Shown here piece after piece: positions 1 to 8,875 of a DNA stretch of 64,000 bases (the stretch's first letter is position 1; every line of letters begins with the position of its first letter). Position numbers and translations under genes: made by a program. Below the pieces are notes generated by a model, which did not search any database, was not told the origin of the DNA, and saw nothing but the letters and a program-made list of their open reading frames with translations. Origin of the DNA: an uncultured Eubacteriales bacterium (GTDB taxonomy: Bacteria > Actinomycetota > Coriobacteriia > Anaerosomatales > JAAXUF01); assembly GCA_964388455.1 (NCBI GenBank), contig CAYMAN010000005.1, forward strand, positions 2,920 to 66,919, given 5' to 3'.

Positions 1-1947
1 GCCGATGATCCAGTTCGTGACGGCACCGGTGATGTAGGAAGCGGAGTCCGTGTACGCCGTGAGGATGGTCGAGTTCGCCAGCCCGATGATGTTGGTGTCA
101 ACACCCGGGTTGCCGAGCTTGCCGACCACGACACCGAGCGCAGGAACATGCAGCTCAGCGAGACCCTCGCGGAGCAGTGCGACAGCGAGGTCCGCACCGA
201 CCATCTTGGGATCGAGGCCGTTGCCCGAAACGTGGACGTAGTCCGCGTAGTCGGCCAGGCCGAACGGGGTGAGATCCACGCTGGTGGCAAGCGCAACGTT
301 GTCCTTGAACAGGCCCATGATGAACATGCGAGCCATGGGACCGCCTTCGGCCGAGTTGCCGTTCCAGCGCGGAGCCTTGAGCCAGCTGTACTTCGAGGCA
401 TCGCCACGAAGCGGGATGGTGCGGTTGACCACGTGCGGGTCCGACACACCGTTGGCGGGGTACCCGGCTGCGACGGCAGCGGGTGACGTGGTGTCATACC
501 GCGCAAACGTGCAGTCCTCACGCAGGTTGGCGTACACATCAGCCGTGTTGATCGACTGAGCAGCGGCGGCGGGCGTCATGCCGGGCTTGTAGCCACGGGC
601 GAGAGCGAGCGAGCCGTCGGACTGCGGGAACGCGCCCCATGAGAGGAACTTCTTGATGCCGGCGCCGTAGCCGGAGCCGCCGTTGTTCACATTGTCGAAC
701 GGAGTGTAGAGCGCCCCGAGCGCAAGAACCAACGGTACGTACTCCTTGACGATGAACTCTCCGACCTCAGCGATCATGGCACGGAACTTCGTGCACTTGA
801 CCGTCAGGTTCTCGGTGTGGTCTGTGGTGACTCCACCGGCGACAAAGGTTGAGGTCATCGGCATACGACCTGCGAACAGCGCGCCTGCCTCGAACGTGAG
901 GCGACGGATGCGCAGTGCCTTGATGTACTGGTTGATGACAGCCGACCACAGGTCAGTCGAGAAGCCGTTGTCTTCGTCCTTCAGAGGAAGAACGCCGGTA
1001 CCGGCTCCACCATCAGTGCCGTGACCCGCCGAGAGCAGCAGCGGGTGATAGTAGCTGGTGTCGAAGTACGGAGTCCACGGCGCCATGTTGGGGCCCTGAA
1101 CGTAGCTCGGCGCAGCCAGGTGATAGAAGTGCGTGATGCTCGACATCAAGTACTCCGCAGCAAGCACAAGGTTGCGGATGTGCACCGCCTTGGCGGGCAC
1201 GCCCTTACCGTTGGCGCCGGGGGCACCGATCATCGGTGTCTGGAAGTTGTCGTTGTAGCCGTAGACCGACTCAACGGCGAACATGGCCGTGGTGCCGTGG
1301 GGTACGGGGCACACGCCACAGATGCGCTGAACGAACGTGATCGCATCGTTAGGGTTGCGGCCGAGCAGGAAGTTCTCGAAGCCACGCCACAGGTTTCCGT
1401 GAACGTCGGCTTCGGTCACGAGACCGTCGGCACCCGTCGTGAGCTTGACGCCGAGGTGCCCCTCGATGCGGGAGATCGGATCGACCTCCACCTCACCGGA
1501 GCTGAGAATTCCAGCCATCACGGAAATCGCGCGAGTGGCGCGGAATTCTGCGCCCAGCGACACATCCGTTGCATCGACGAAATCAGCAGCGAACGTGTAG
1601 GTACCTGCGGAAGCACCAGCGGCAAAAGTCACGCGAAGGTTTCCGGTGACATTCGCACCGCCGGCGATTGGGACGACGTCGTTCGGGGGCGGGTAGTTCG
1701 GATACGTGCCGAAGAGCGATGAACCCACGAGGGTAACCGGAAGCGCCTCCCAGACACCTGCATTGTTCACCGTGTCTTCAAATTCCATGCTCACAAGTCC
1801 GGCGGCGAGCCCGCTGCCGGCGATTGAGAACTGGAACTTGCCGAGAACGCTGGCTACGTCCGTGTTGGTGACAGTAACGCTCGTAACAAGCGGCGTACCT
1901 TTCACAAACGGCTTGTTAAAGCCATTGAGAACGTAAGTGAATCCCAT
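1..1947 (-). CDS. [NiFe]-hydrogenase large (catalytic) subunit; 3' end lies outside the window; carries a ~150-aa N-terminal extension
   Basis: Absent from the ORF track because it runs off the window. My translation starts at ATG 1947 (SD GAGGAGG upstream): MGFTYVLNGFNKPFVKG... The conserved DPISRIEGHLG sits at about aa 156, followed by the Ni-binding motif QRICGVCPVPHG. The gene lies directly downstream of the small-subunit gene. Confidence 0.85.
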   Translation of the reverse strand, partial: MGFTYVLNGFNKPFVKGTPLVTSVTVTNTDVASVLGKFQFSIAGSGLAAGLVSMEFEDTVNNAGVWEALPVTLVGSSLFGTYPNYPPPNDVVPIAGGANVTGNLRVTFAAGASAGTYTFAADFVDATDVSLGAEFRATRAISVMAGILSSGEVEVDPISRIEGHLGVKLTTGADGLVTEADVHGNLWRGFENFLLGRNPNDAITFVQRICGVCPVPHGTTAMFAVESVYGYNDNFQTPMIGAPGANGKGVPAKAVHIRNLVLAAEYLMSSITHFYHLAAPSYVQGPNMAPWTPYFDTSYYHPLLLSAGHGTDGGAGTGVLPLKDEDNGFSTDLWSAVINQYIKALRIRRLTFEAGALFAGRMPMTSTFVAGGVTTDHTENLTVKCTKFRAMIAEVGEFIVKEYVPLVLALGALYTPFDNVNNGGSGYGAGIKKFLSWGAFPQSDGSLALARGYKPGMTPAAAAQSINTADVYANLREDCTFARYDTTSPAAVAAGYPANGVSDPHVVNRTIPLRGDASKYSWLKAPRWNGNSAEGGPMARMFIMGLFKDNVALATSVDLTPFGLADYADYVHVSGNGLDPKMVGADLAVALLREGLAELHVPALGVVVGKLGNPGVDTNIIGLANSTILTAYTDSASYITGAVTNWIIG

Positions 1948-1967
1948 CTGCTATCCTCCTCTCTTTC

Positions 1968-3320
1968 TTATCGAACGATGAACGGCAGGAAGCTGTCAGG
2001 ATATCCGGCTTCCGTGCAGCCCATGCAGGGGGCTCCGCCGGCGACACAGTTGCCGCCCTTGGCGCCGTGCACGGTCTGAATGCCGTAGTCCCATGAAGCG
2101 TTGTTGGTCGGCTGCTGGCCGTTCCAGCCGTGAGCAGCACACAAGGTCATGGTCTGCATGCCCTTGCAGCCAAGAAGCTGCAGGCAACCCGGATCACCGG
2201 ACTTGGCGGCGAACTTGCCGTCGAGGAAGTCCTGGTAGCGGGTACAGAACGCCCCGTGCAGAGTCTGGCCGTAGACAGCCTTGAGACGACGCTGGCTGTC
2301 GACCGCAGCGCCGTTGATGCTGCCGTCACTCTTCAGAATACCCAGAGGGCCGTTGGCCGCAGTTGCTGCACCGGGACCATTGGTGAAGTCAACGAGCCAC
2401 GCGACGACCGTGAGGATGAACCACCACGGGTTGGTCGGGCAACCGGGAACCGCAACGACCTTGTTCTTGGCAAGTGAACCTCGGTGCTCGAGGAACTGGT
2501 ACGTCCCCATCGCTCCGGTCTGACCTTCGCCGAGAAGCGGAGACACGCAGGCGGGGTATCCGCCAAAGCATGCGCACTGGCCGATCGGGATGACCGCAGC
2601 GCACTCTGCCTGCGTCGCAAGCTCGAAGACGACGTCGTCGAACTCCAGTTCGTGTGGCGTCGGCTCGTTGGGGGTGCCATCGACACCGATCGAGCACCAC
2701 GGTGCGGCACCCGTTGCATCCCAGTATCCGCCCAGTTCCTTGGGCTGAATCGCACCCTCGACGATGAGCACAAACGGCGCACCGGGGGTGTCCATGCTGT
2801 CCTTGAGCCACTGGTAGGCCAAGTCCGAACCCATGCCCATGATCGTCTCATGGTACTGAAGGTCGATGAAGTCGATCAGAACGTCCGCGACATCGATGAT
2901 GTACGGATCGTCATCGTTTGCGACAGCGTTGAAGTCCGAACCCGTGACGCTGCCGGTCTTGCTGATGGTGCGGTGACCGTACGGATGAGTAGTATCGCCG
3001 TAGGGATCGGAGCCGAGCACGTGTGCTCCGCTGCCATCTCCTCCCACCGCAAGGTCAAGCGCCGCAACGGTCGTATAGCTAGCGCCCTCGATAGCTTTAC
3101 CGGTGGCGTTCTCAAACAGGCTGAGCAGAGATACCGAACAGCCGGTGCACTCAGCGCCATGCACCCAGACCACCTTCGGCTTCGTGGTCCAAGATGCACC
3201 CGCCCATGCGGAACCATGGGCAAACGCCTCGCCGACCTTTGCAAGGTCGAGCTGGCTCATGCCCATGGCTGCAGCCAAGGTTCCCAGCCGAGTAACAAAC
3301 TGACGTCTTGTTATCGCCAT
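1968..3320 (-). CDS. [NiFe]-hydrogenase small subunit, Tat-exported, no C-terminal membrane anchor
   Basis: Twin-arginine signal MAITRRQFVTRLGTLAAAMGMS; cluster motifs HGAECTGCSVS and CVAGGAPCMGCTEAGYPDSF. ATG 3320 (SD GAAGGAGG ~10 nt upstream) is preferred over the track start 3341. Confidence 0.9.
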   Translation of the reverse strand: MAITRRQFVTRLGTLAAAMGMSQLDLAKVGEAFAHGSAWAGASWTTKPKVVWVHGAECTGCSVSLLSLFENATGKAIEGASYTTVAALDLAVGGDGSGAHVLGSDPYGDTTHPYGHRTISKTGSVTGSDFNAVANDDDPYIIDVADVLIDFIDLQYHETIMGMGSDLAYQWLKDSMDTPGAPFVLIVEGAIQPKELGGYWDATGAAPWCSIGVDGTPNEPTPHELEFDDVVFELATQAECAAVIPIGQCACFGGYPACVSPLLGEGQTGAMGTYQFLEHRGSLAKNKVVAVPGCPTNPWWFILTVVAWLVDFTNGPGAATAANGPLGILKSDGSINGAAVDSQRRLKAVYGQTLHGAFCTRYQDFLDGKFAAKSGDPGCLQLLGCKGMQTMTLCAAHGWNGQQPTNNASWDYGIQTVHGAKGGNCVAGGAPCMGCTEAGYPDSFLPFIVR

Positions 3321-3381
3321 GCTTTCCCAAACCTCCTTCACGCACTCCTAGTGCTAGTAAGACTTGCCGAGAACGAGCACG

Positions 3382-3437
3382 AAAAAAGGCCCACCTCCTG
3401 TCGAACTGCTCCGTCTCTCGGAACACAGGTGGAGGGC
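3382..3437 (-). terminator. Intrinsic-terminator-like hairpin plus U6 inside the hydrogenase 5' leader (candidate attenuator)
   Basis: Minus-strand arms GCCCUCCACCUGU / ACAGGAGGUGGGC pair at 11 of 13 positions and are followed directly by UUUUUU. The element lies ~60 nt upstream of the small-subunit ATG. Confidence 0.55.
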
Positions 3438-3570
3438 GATATCGGGACGATGGCAGAAGCACCCTGTGTAGGTTGGTAGATTGCTTCCGACTGCGCCTTG
3501 GTCCGAGTACCGGCTCCGACCTGCAAGTACACAGCTGTATGCGACTAAGAATCGCTAAAACTGGCGCCCT

Positions 3571-3628
3571 TGTAACAGGTGTTACATTGGCTCATGCCTA
3601 TGCTACCTCTGCGCCGGCATGTGGTCAA
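3571..3628 (-). promoter_or_regulatory. Sigma70-like promoter plus palindromic operator of the hydrogenase operon
   Basis: -35 TTGACC (3623-3628), 17-nt spacer, -10 TAGCAT (3600-3605). The 16-bp dyad TGTAAC-N4-GTTACA lies at 3571-3586, 13 nt downstream of the -10. Confidence 0.6.
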
Positions 3629-3717
3629 CGAGAAATCCGCAATTCCTACACATTGCGGAGGCGACCTTCATGCCTCGGACAACTGTGTGGAATCCCTCGG
3701 AATTGGCCCGGAATAGG

Positions 3718-5220
3718 CTAGGACCTGGACCCAGAACCGTCCTTGGGCGCCCCGAACCGGTTGATGAACTCGAGGTGATCCACGGTCGGGACCTCGAGCA
3801 CCCGTCCGATACGGCGCAGTTCGCCACTCTCGGTGCAGAAGAGTCGCGCGCGTTGCGCGATCGACATCACGATCGCGTCCGACTCCGTGAGCTCATAGCG
3901 ATCCTTGAGCGCCTGAGAGTCCGACGGCGAATGCTCGACGGGATTCAGCAGCTCCTCCATGTTCGCGCGACCCTGAATCAGCCCGCGCAGCAGCTCGTAA
4001 TCCTCGAGCGTGACCTCCCAGCGCACTCGACGCTGAATCATGCGCTCAGCTTCCTCAGCGGCGATCATGGCGGTCACGAAGTCAGCGGTGGCGAAGAAGC
4101 GACGCTTGCGGAGGAGCAGGAGCAGCGGCAGAAGGAGGAGGGGCGTCAGGCAAAGAGTCCAGCCGGTGGCCGTGGTCGGAACAGGAATCGGGTTGGCAAC
4201 CGAGGGCCATCCCCATACCTGGATGCGTCCGTTGTTACTGTCGGTTATGAAGATCTTGCGCTTGGAGTCGATGGATACATCGTTGGGGTAGTTGAACTGG
4301 CCTTCCAAGACACCCTTTGCACCAAAGGTCAGGACCTTCTCGGAGGTCGAGGAGTCCCAGATGGTGGCGTCGTGGGCGAGTGTGTCAACGACTACCAGGC
4401 GTAGCGGCTCCTCAGGGTCAAGTTTGGGAAGGAAGGCCAACCCGCGCGGAAGACCCTGGGTAACCTGCATGCGCTTGAACTCGCCTCGGCGGCTAAAGAC
4501 CTGAATGCGACGATTGTTGGAGTCGGCGACCCATACCTCGTCGCCGCGGACCTTGACGGAGTTGGGGAACTGGAAGACGGACTCACCCTGGGTCGGATCA
4601 TTGATCATGCCAAACGTCCCGACGCTGCGGTTGAACGCTCCGTCGGGACGGAAGATCAGCAGGCGGTGCCCGTTGAGAATCTCAGTGACGTAGAGCGTCC
4701 CATCAGGTGCGAACGCCAGAGCGAGCGGTGCCCACTGAACACCCTTGGGAACCTTGATCGTGGGCAGCTGATCCTTGGGAAGCTTGGGATCGAAGACCCG
4801 AAGGAACTTCCCCTCAGAGCTGAAGATGGCGATGCTTCGCGTGCGGCGATCGCTCACCCACAGTTCACCGGTCTTGGGATGCTTTGCGACGTAGAGCGGC
4901 ACGACCAGCTTGCCCTTACCCCACGAGGCGATCTTGGTGCCGGTCTTGGTGAACACGTCGAGCACGCCGCGACGGGAATCCGTCACGTATACCCGATTCC
5001 CGCTCACGAGAACGCCCAACGGACGGACCAGTCTGTCCTGACCCTCGCCACTGAAGGAATACAGGTACTGCGGCATGGGAAGCAGATCCGCCTCGTTGAC
5101 CTGAATGTCGATACCCAACGACCTGGTCGAGCGATAGTTCACGAACGCAGCTGCGAGCAACGCAAGGAGTATGACGAGTACGACGATCGCGATGATTTGG
5201 CGCATCCGCTTACGGGACAT
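3718..5220 (-). CDS. Bitopic membrane protein: TM, NHL-repeat beta-propeller, TM, ~135-aa PIN-like C-terminal domain (paralog A)
   Basis: N-terminal TM IIAIVVLVILLALLAAAF. NHL-type blades include VYVTDSRRGVLDVF, LWVSDRRTRSIAIF, VWVADSNNRRIQVF and IFITDSNNGRIQVW. A second TM (TLCLTPLLLLPLLLLL) is followed by RKRR. SD AGGAGGAA precedes the start. Confidence 0.8.
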   Translation of the reverse strand: MSRKRMRQIIAIVVLVILLALLAAAFVNYRSTRSLGIDIQVNEADLLPMPQYLYSFSGEGQDRLVRPLGVLVSGNRVYVTDSRRGVLDVFTKTGTKIASWGKGKLVVPLYVAKHPKTGELWVSDRRTRSIAIFSSEGKFLRVFDPKLPKDQLPTIKVPKGVQWAPLALAFAPDGTLYVTEILNGHRLLIFRPDGAFNRSVGTFGMINDPTQGESVFQFPNSVKVRGDEVWVADSNNRRIQVFSRRGEFKRMQVTQGLPRGLAFLPKLDPEEPLRLVVVDTLAHDATIWDSSTSEKVLTFGAKGVLEGQFNYPNDVSIDSKRKIFITDSNNGRIQVWGWPSVANPIPVPTTATGWTLCLTPLLLLPLLLLLRKRRFFATADFVTAMIAAEEAERMIQRRVRWEVTLEDYELLRGLIQGRANMEELLNPVEHSPSDSQALKDRYELTESDAIVMSIAQRARLFCTESGELRRIGRVLEVPTVDHLEFINRFGAPKDGSGSRS

Positions 5221-5276
5221 GTACTGCGTTCCTCCTGGATCGTCACGGCGTACGCCGCAGTGGCCATTCGAGCGGT

Positions 5277-6317
5277 TTACTTGGCTCCGAGCTCAGCCAA
5301 CATGTTCTTCAGAGCGGTGTCGTCGGGCAGGGTAGCCAGCGCGGCCTTGACCACTTTCTGGGCACCGGCTGTGTCGCCGTCGGCCTTGAGCACTTCTGCG
5401 TGGAAGATGACGGCGTCTACGTTCTCGGGGTCCAGTGCCGTCGCCAACAGCGCTGCATCGATGGCGTCCTTGAGTTGACCCGCCTTCAGCCGGGCACGAC
5501 CGTCTTCAACCGCCTGCTTCGAGGTACCAAGCTTCTTCAGCGCATCGACGGGCTGGTCCTGCTCGGGTGCCAGGTCGGCAGCCTTGCGGAGATGAATAGC
5601 GGCGTTGATCTTGTCGCCTTGATCGAGCAGGATCATCCCGTAGAGGTAGTGCGCCTCAGGATAGTTGGGATCGAACGCGAGCGCGGCGTTGAGTTGCTTG
5701 ACCGCCGCCACGTCCTCCCCCATACCGCGCAGAGACTGCGCGAGGAGGTAGTAGGTGTCCGAGGCGTCCTTGCGGATTCGCAGCGCTCCCTTGAAGTAGC
5801 CCGCGGCATCCTCGTAGCGTCGCTGACTCAGCGCGATCTCGCCCAGATGGAAGAGAGCCTGCTCGCGGCGCTCGTTCATCGCCTCGAACTGAGTCGCCTG
5901 CGTAAGCTCGACGACTTTGGTGAAGTACTTCTCGGCGGGGCCGTACTCCTTGTTTTCCATTGCGATGATGCCCAGGTCGAGGTAGGCGCCCGTGTGGTTC
6001 TTGTCGAGCTTCACTGCGATCTGGAACTGCTCGGCTGCCGGCTTGAGCTGGCCGGCTGCGGCGAGTGCCTCCCCGAATCGGACGCGTGCGGCCGCACTAT
6101 TGGGGGACTTTCTGACCACCGCCTCGATATCCTTGATCGCGCGCTGCGCGGGAGTTGCGGTGAGCTCTGCCTGCCTCCCCTGCCACACGGAATAGCCGAG
6201 AAGGGCGCCGAGGCCTATGACCGCGGACACGAGAACGATGATGACGATGCGAAGGATGCCGTCGGCGCCTTCAGGCGAGCGCTTCAATCGGCGTGTTGCA
6301 GGCGCGTTCTCACTCAT
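5277..6317 (-). CDS. Membrane-anchored TPR-repeat protein (paralog A)
   Basis: Single N-terminal TM (ILRIVIIVLVSAVIGLGALLGY) followed by tandem TPR-like helix pairs, e.g. AVKLDKNHTGAYLDLG and ALAFDPNYPEAHYLYG. ATG 6317 (SD TAAGGA) is preferred over the track TTG 6323. Confidence 0.75.
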   Translation of the reverse strand: MSENAPATRRLKRSPEGADGILRIVIIVLVSAVIGLGALLGYSVWQGRQAELTATPAQRAIKDIEAVVRKSPNSAAARVRFGEALAAAGQLKPAAEQFQIAVKLDKNHTGAYLDLGIIAMENKEYGPAEKYFTKVVELTQATQFEAMNERREQALFHLGEIALSQRRYEDAAGYFKGALRIRKDASDTYYLLAQSLRGMGEDVAAVKQLNAALAFDPNYPEAHYLYGMILLDQGDKINAAIHLRKAADLAPEQDQPVDALKKLGTSKQAVEDGRARLKAGQLKDAIDAALLATALDPENVDAVIFHAEVLKADGDTAGAQKVVKAALATLPDDTALKNMLAELGAK

Positions 6318-6455
6318 GCACAAGTCCTTACCCGTGACGTCGTACGCGCTGGAGCCTGCCGGGGCTCACATGGGGCGCGAAGACTGCTGACTGACAATAC
6401 CTGCGGTGCCAAAGTGCCGTCAACACGACGACGCCTGGCGACACGCAGGACTCAC

Positions 6456-7301
6456 CTACGGAAGCTGCTTTGCGACGGCGATCAGGGCGTTCTTGAGACC
6501 CGCCTGCTTACCGGGATCGGCCGCCATCTCCACCTGGATAAGCACAGCACCTTGCGTGAATGCAAGAATCGCATACCGAGTGTTGTCGGTGCCAAAATAC
6601 GCAGAATGTCCATTGACTTTCACCGTGCTCGCACCCATGGAGTAGGGGCGCTTCGAGTACGCCTCGAGAGCGGCTGCGGCGTAGCCCTTGTCCCGGAACT
6701 GCTCAACGTCGATGACCAGAGCGCGCACCTTGGACCCTGATGCCGGGACGTACTGACGTGTGAGGTTAAAGGCGCCCGCCACTGGCTTGGCCGCCTTGAA
6801 CCCTGTCAAGGTTCCGGGAGCCCACTTCAGCAGCGTTTTGACCGGACCGGTAATCTCGTCGTCACCGGGCTTCGCGGTACCCGTGGTGGGATTGGAGCCA
6901 CCGGATCCGGGGTTCGCAGTGTCGGGTGTCGGCTTCTTGCCGGACTTGATGACGGCCAGCTGCTTTGCCGCCTGACGGAATGCAGGGTCGTCGGCGACGA
7001 TCTGGGCGAGCTTCAACTGCGCTGCGGCCATATCACCCTTGGTGATGTCGGCCTGTGCTGCCGCGTAGAGAGCGTCAAGCTTCTTATGCCGATCACAGGT
7101 GATAGTGACGGTCTCGGCCTTGCGCAGGGTAGCCTCCTCGGCGGGGACGCTCACCGTTTTGATGGTGTTTGAGACGACCTCACCGTAAGTGCAGAGGGTG
7201 CGTGTCCCGGACTGGACCTCAACCTTCTTCTGACAGCCCCCTGTCGCGACCAATGAAGCCGTCAGTGCCGCAAGCGCGAGTATGGATCCAAGACGTCTCA
7301 T
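6456..7301 (-). CDS. Lipoprotein of unknown function
   Basis: MRRLGSILALAALTASLVATGGC is a signal peptide with a lipobox. The ATG 7301 overlaps the upstream stop as ATGA. The track start at 7493 adds an Arg-rich extension that overlaps the upstream gene, so I rejected it. Confidence 0.7.
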   Translation of the reverse strand: MRRLGSILALAALTASLVATGGCQKKVEVQSGTRTLCTYGEVVSNTIKTVSVPAEEATLRKAETVTITCDRHKKLDALYAAAQADITKGDMAAAQLKLAQIVADDPAFRQAAKQLAVIKSGKKPTPDTANPGSGGSNPTTGTAKPGDDEITGPVKTLLKWAPGTLTGFKAAKPVAGAFNLTRQYVPASGSKVRALVIDVEQFRDKGYAAAALEAYSKRPYSMGASTVKVNGHSAYFGTDNTRYAILAFTQGAVLIQVEMAADPGKQAGLKNALIAVAKQLP

Positions 7302-8764
7302 ACGTTCTCCTTCGGTGGCGAAGCGACAGACGCACTGCCCGCGCTGAGACGGCGCACGAGTGTCACGATCAGCAACACGCATGCCCCTGCCGAAAGCGCG
7401 AGAGCGGTGTATCGGACGAGGTGAGGAGCGACTTCCAAGGACAAGCGAGCATATTCCGTGCCGTAGGCCTGCTGGATCTCCGCAGGAATCCATCTCGTCC
7501 AGGTATGAAGCGGAGTGGATACAACGAGGGGATAGGCGGCAGCAGCCAACAGCGCCGAAACGGCAGCGAAGAGCGCCTCACGGACCCCGACCATTCGCCG
7601 GGACTCGATGGCTGTTGCCAGTGCGAGGAGGGACACGCTCAGCAGGAGCCATCCGACTGCTGCCTCGGCTCCGCTGAACGTCCAGTTCGCCGCGAATGCG
7701 GCGCCCGCCTCAGTGGTACCTACGACCGATGCGTTGAACGCGGGCAGAAAGAGCGCGGCGGTCGAAACCGCTGTCGCAATGCCCGCAAGCGCGATCGCCG
7801 CAATCGATTCCGGGGCCCGAGGAGCGGCGGATAAGACTTCCGCAGCCTCGGTGCAATGCGCGGTGTGCAAGACCAGTAGGCCGAGGACCACCAGCACGGA
7901 TCCACCAGCGGCCCCGGTCCACACGATCGGCGCAGGACCGAAGGCGCCCGTGAGTCGCTCGACTACTGTCAGAGCGGTGAGCGCCATCGGTGTCACGACC
8001 ATCCACGCAGTGGCTCTGACGACACCCCGTGAGCCTGCGAACCCGGCGAGTCCGGTAGCCATCGTCGACAACGCCACACCCGCGAGCATCAGCTGCGGCC
8101 ATGTGCGGCTGTAAGCGGCCGCTGCGGGCATGGTGTCGGGCAATGCGACCACAACAGACAGAGTGGTAGCGGCAGCGACACCGATCCAGAGCGAGGAGCG
8201 AAGTCCCATCAGTCCTGCGCTTCGACGAGCACCGATCAGTCCTAGGGCGAACACCCCACCAGCGCCAAAAATGATCGCCTCCTGTAGGGGGAACTTCATG
8301 AACGGCGAGAATGAACTGGGTCGCTCCCAATTGCCGAGAAGCGCTGCGGTGCCGAGGATCGTCATCAGGACAGCGGCGGACTGGACGTACGTCGGCCGCT
8401 CACGGCGAAAGAACGACGCCGCGAGCGCGGAGGCGAGCAACGCACCCGCTGTGGTGAAGAACAGGGTCTCGGTTCCTGACGGCGCGTCAGTGGCCCGCTG
8501 TGACAGCACGATCAAGGGGGCCAGGTACCACGCGAGAACACCCGCCGCACCAGCAAGAACGGTCTCGCGACGCCCGGCCGCTTTCACGCGAGCCGGTACA
8601 GCGCTGCCCACGAAGCCCGAGATGAACGCGATGGCCACCACAAGCGATGCGGCCATGATGACCGAATCGGGAACCTCGCCGATCAGGAGCGTGGACACGA
8701 CGAACCACGCGGCCGAACCAGCAACGATCATGGCGACACAGAGCGACTGATTGGACAATCTCAC
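7298..8764 (-). CDS. Polytopic integral membrane protein (~14 hydrophobic helices), unknown function
   Basis: Hydrophobic Ala/Leu/Gly/Val-rich segments run throughout the protein. GTG start with SD GGAGGAG. I recognise no cofactor or transporter motif. Confidence 0.6.
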   Translation of the reverse strand: MRLSNQSLCVAMIVAGSAAWFVVSTLLIGEVPDSVIMAASLVVAIAFISGFVGSAVPARVKAAGRRETVLAGAAGVLAWYLAPLIVLSQRATDAPSGTETLFFTTAGALLASALAASFFRRERPTYVQSAAVLMTILGTAALLGNWERPSSFSPFMKFPLQEAIIFGAGGVFALGLIGARRSAGLMGLRSSLWIGVAAATTLSVVVALPDTMPAAAAYSRTWPQLMLAGVALSTMATGLAGFAGSRGVVRATAWMVVTPMALTALTVVERLTGAFGPAPIVWTGAAGGSVLVVLGLLVLHTAHCTEAAEVLSAAPRAPESIAAIALAGIATAVSTAALFLPAFNASVVGTTEAGAAFAANWTFSGAEAAVGWLLLSVSLLALATAIESRRMVGVREALFAAVSALLAAAAYPLVVSTPLHTWTRWIPAEIQQAYGTEYARLSLEVAPHLVRYTALALSAGACVLLIVTLVRRLSAGSASVASPPKENV

Positions 8765-8808
8765 AACGAAGCTCCTCCAGGAATGCTGTCGATCGTATCG
8801 TCCACAAA

Positions 8809-8840
8809 GGAAGGGCCGGGAAGCGTTCCCCGGCCCTTCC
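8809..8840 (-). terminator. Very stable GC-rich hairpin between the hexaheme cytochrome gene and the membrane-protein gene
   Basis: GGAAGGGCCGGG..CCCGGCCCUUCC forms a 12-bp perfect stem, extended by 2 bp after a one-nt bulge, with loop GCG. It is followed by UUUGUGG on the minus strand. Confidence 0.5.
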
Positions 8841-8875
8841 GACAGTACCAGACTCTTGATGCATTGAGTGCTGAA

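Noticed and set aside
1516-1518. Internal Met as the real start of the hydrogenase large subunit, which would give a canonical N-terminus
   Set aside because: It cannot be excluded. It lacks an SD, whereas ATG 1947 has GAGGAGG just after the small-subunit stop and the intervening 143 codons look coding. It is kept as an alternative in the finding.
6456-7493. Long N-terminal extensions given by the ORF track. The same problem affects the track ORFs that start at 21816, 25892, 28040, 28633, 48648, 50634, 50616 and 56923.
   Set aside because: The extensions are Arg/Pro-rich, overlap the upstream genes and precede internal starts. Those internal starts have good SD sequences and bona fide signal peptides or family N-termini.
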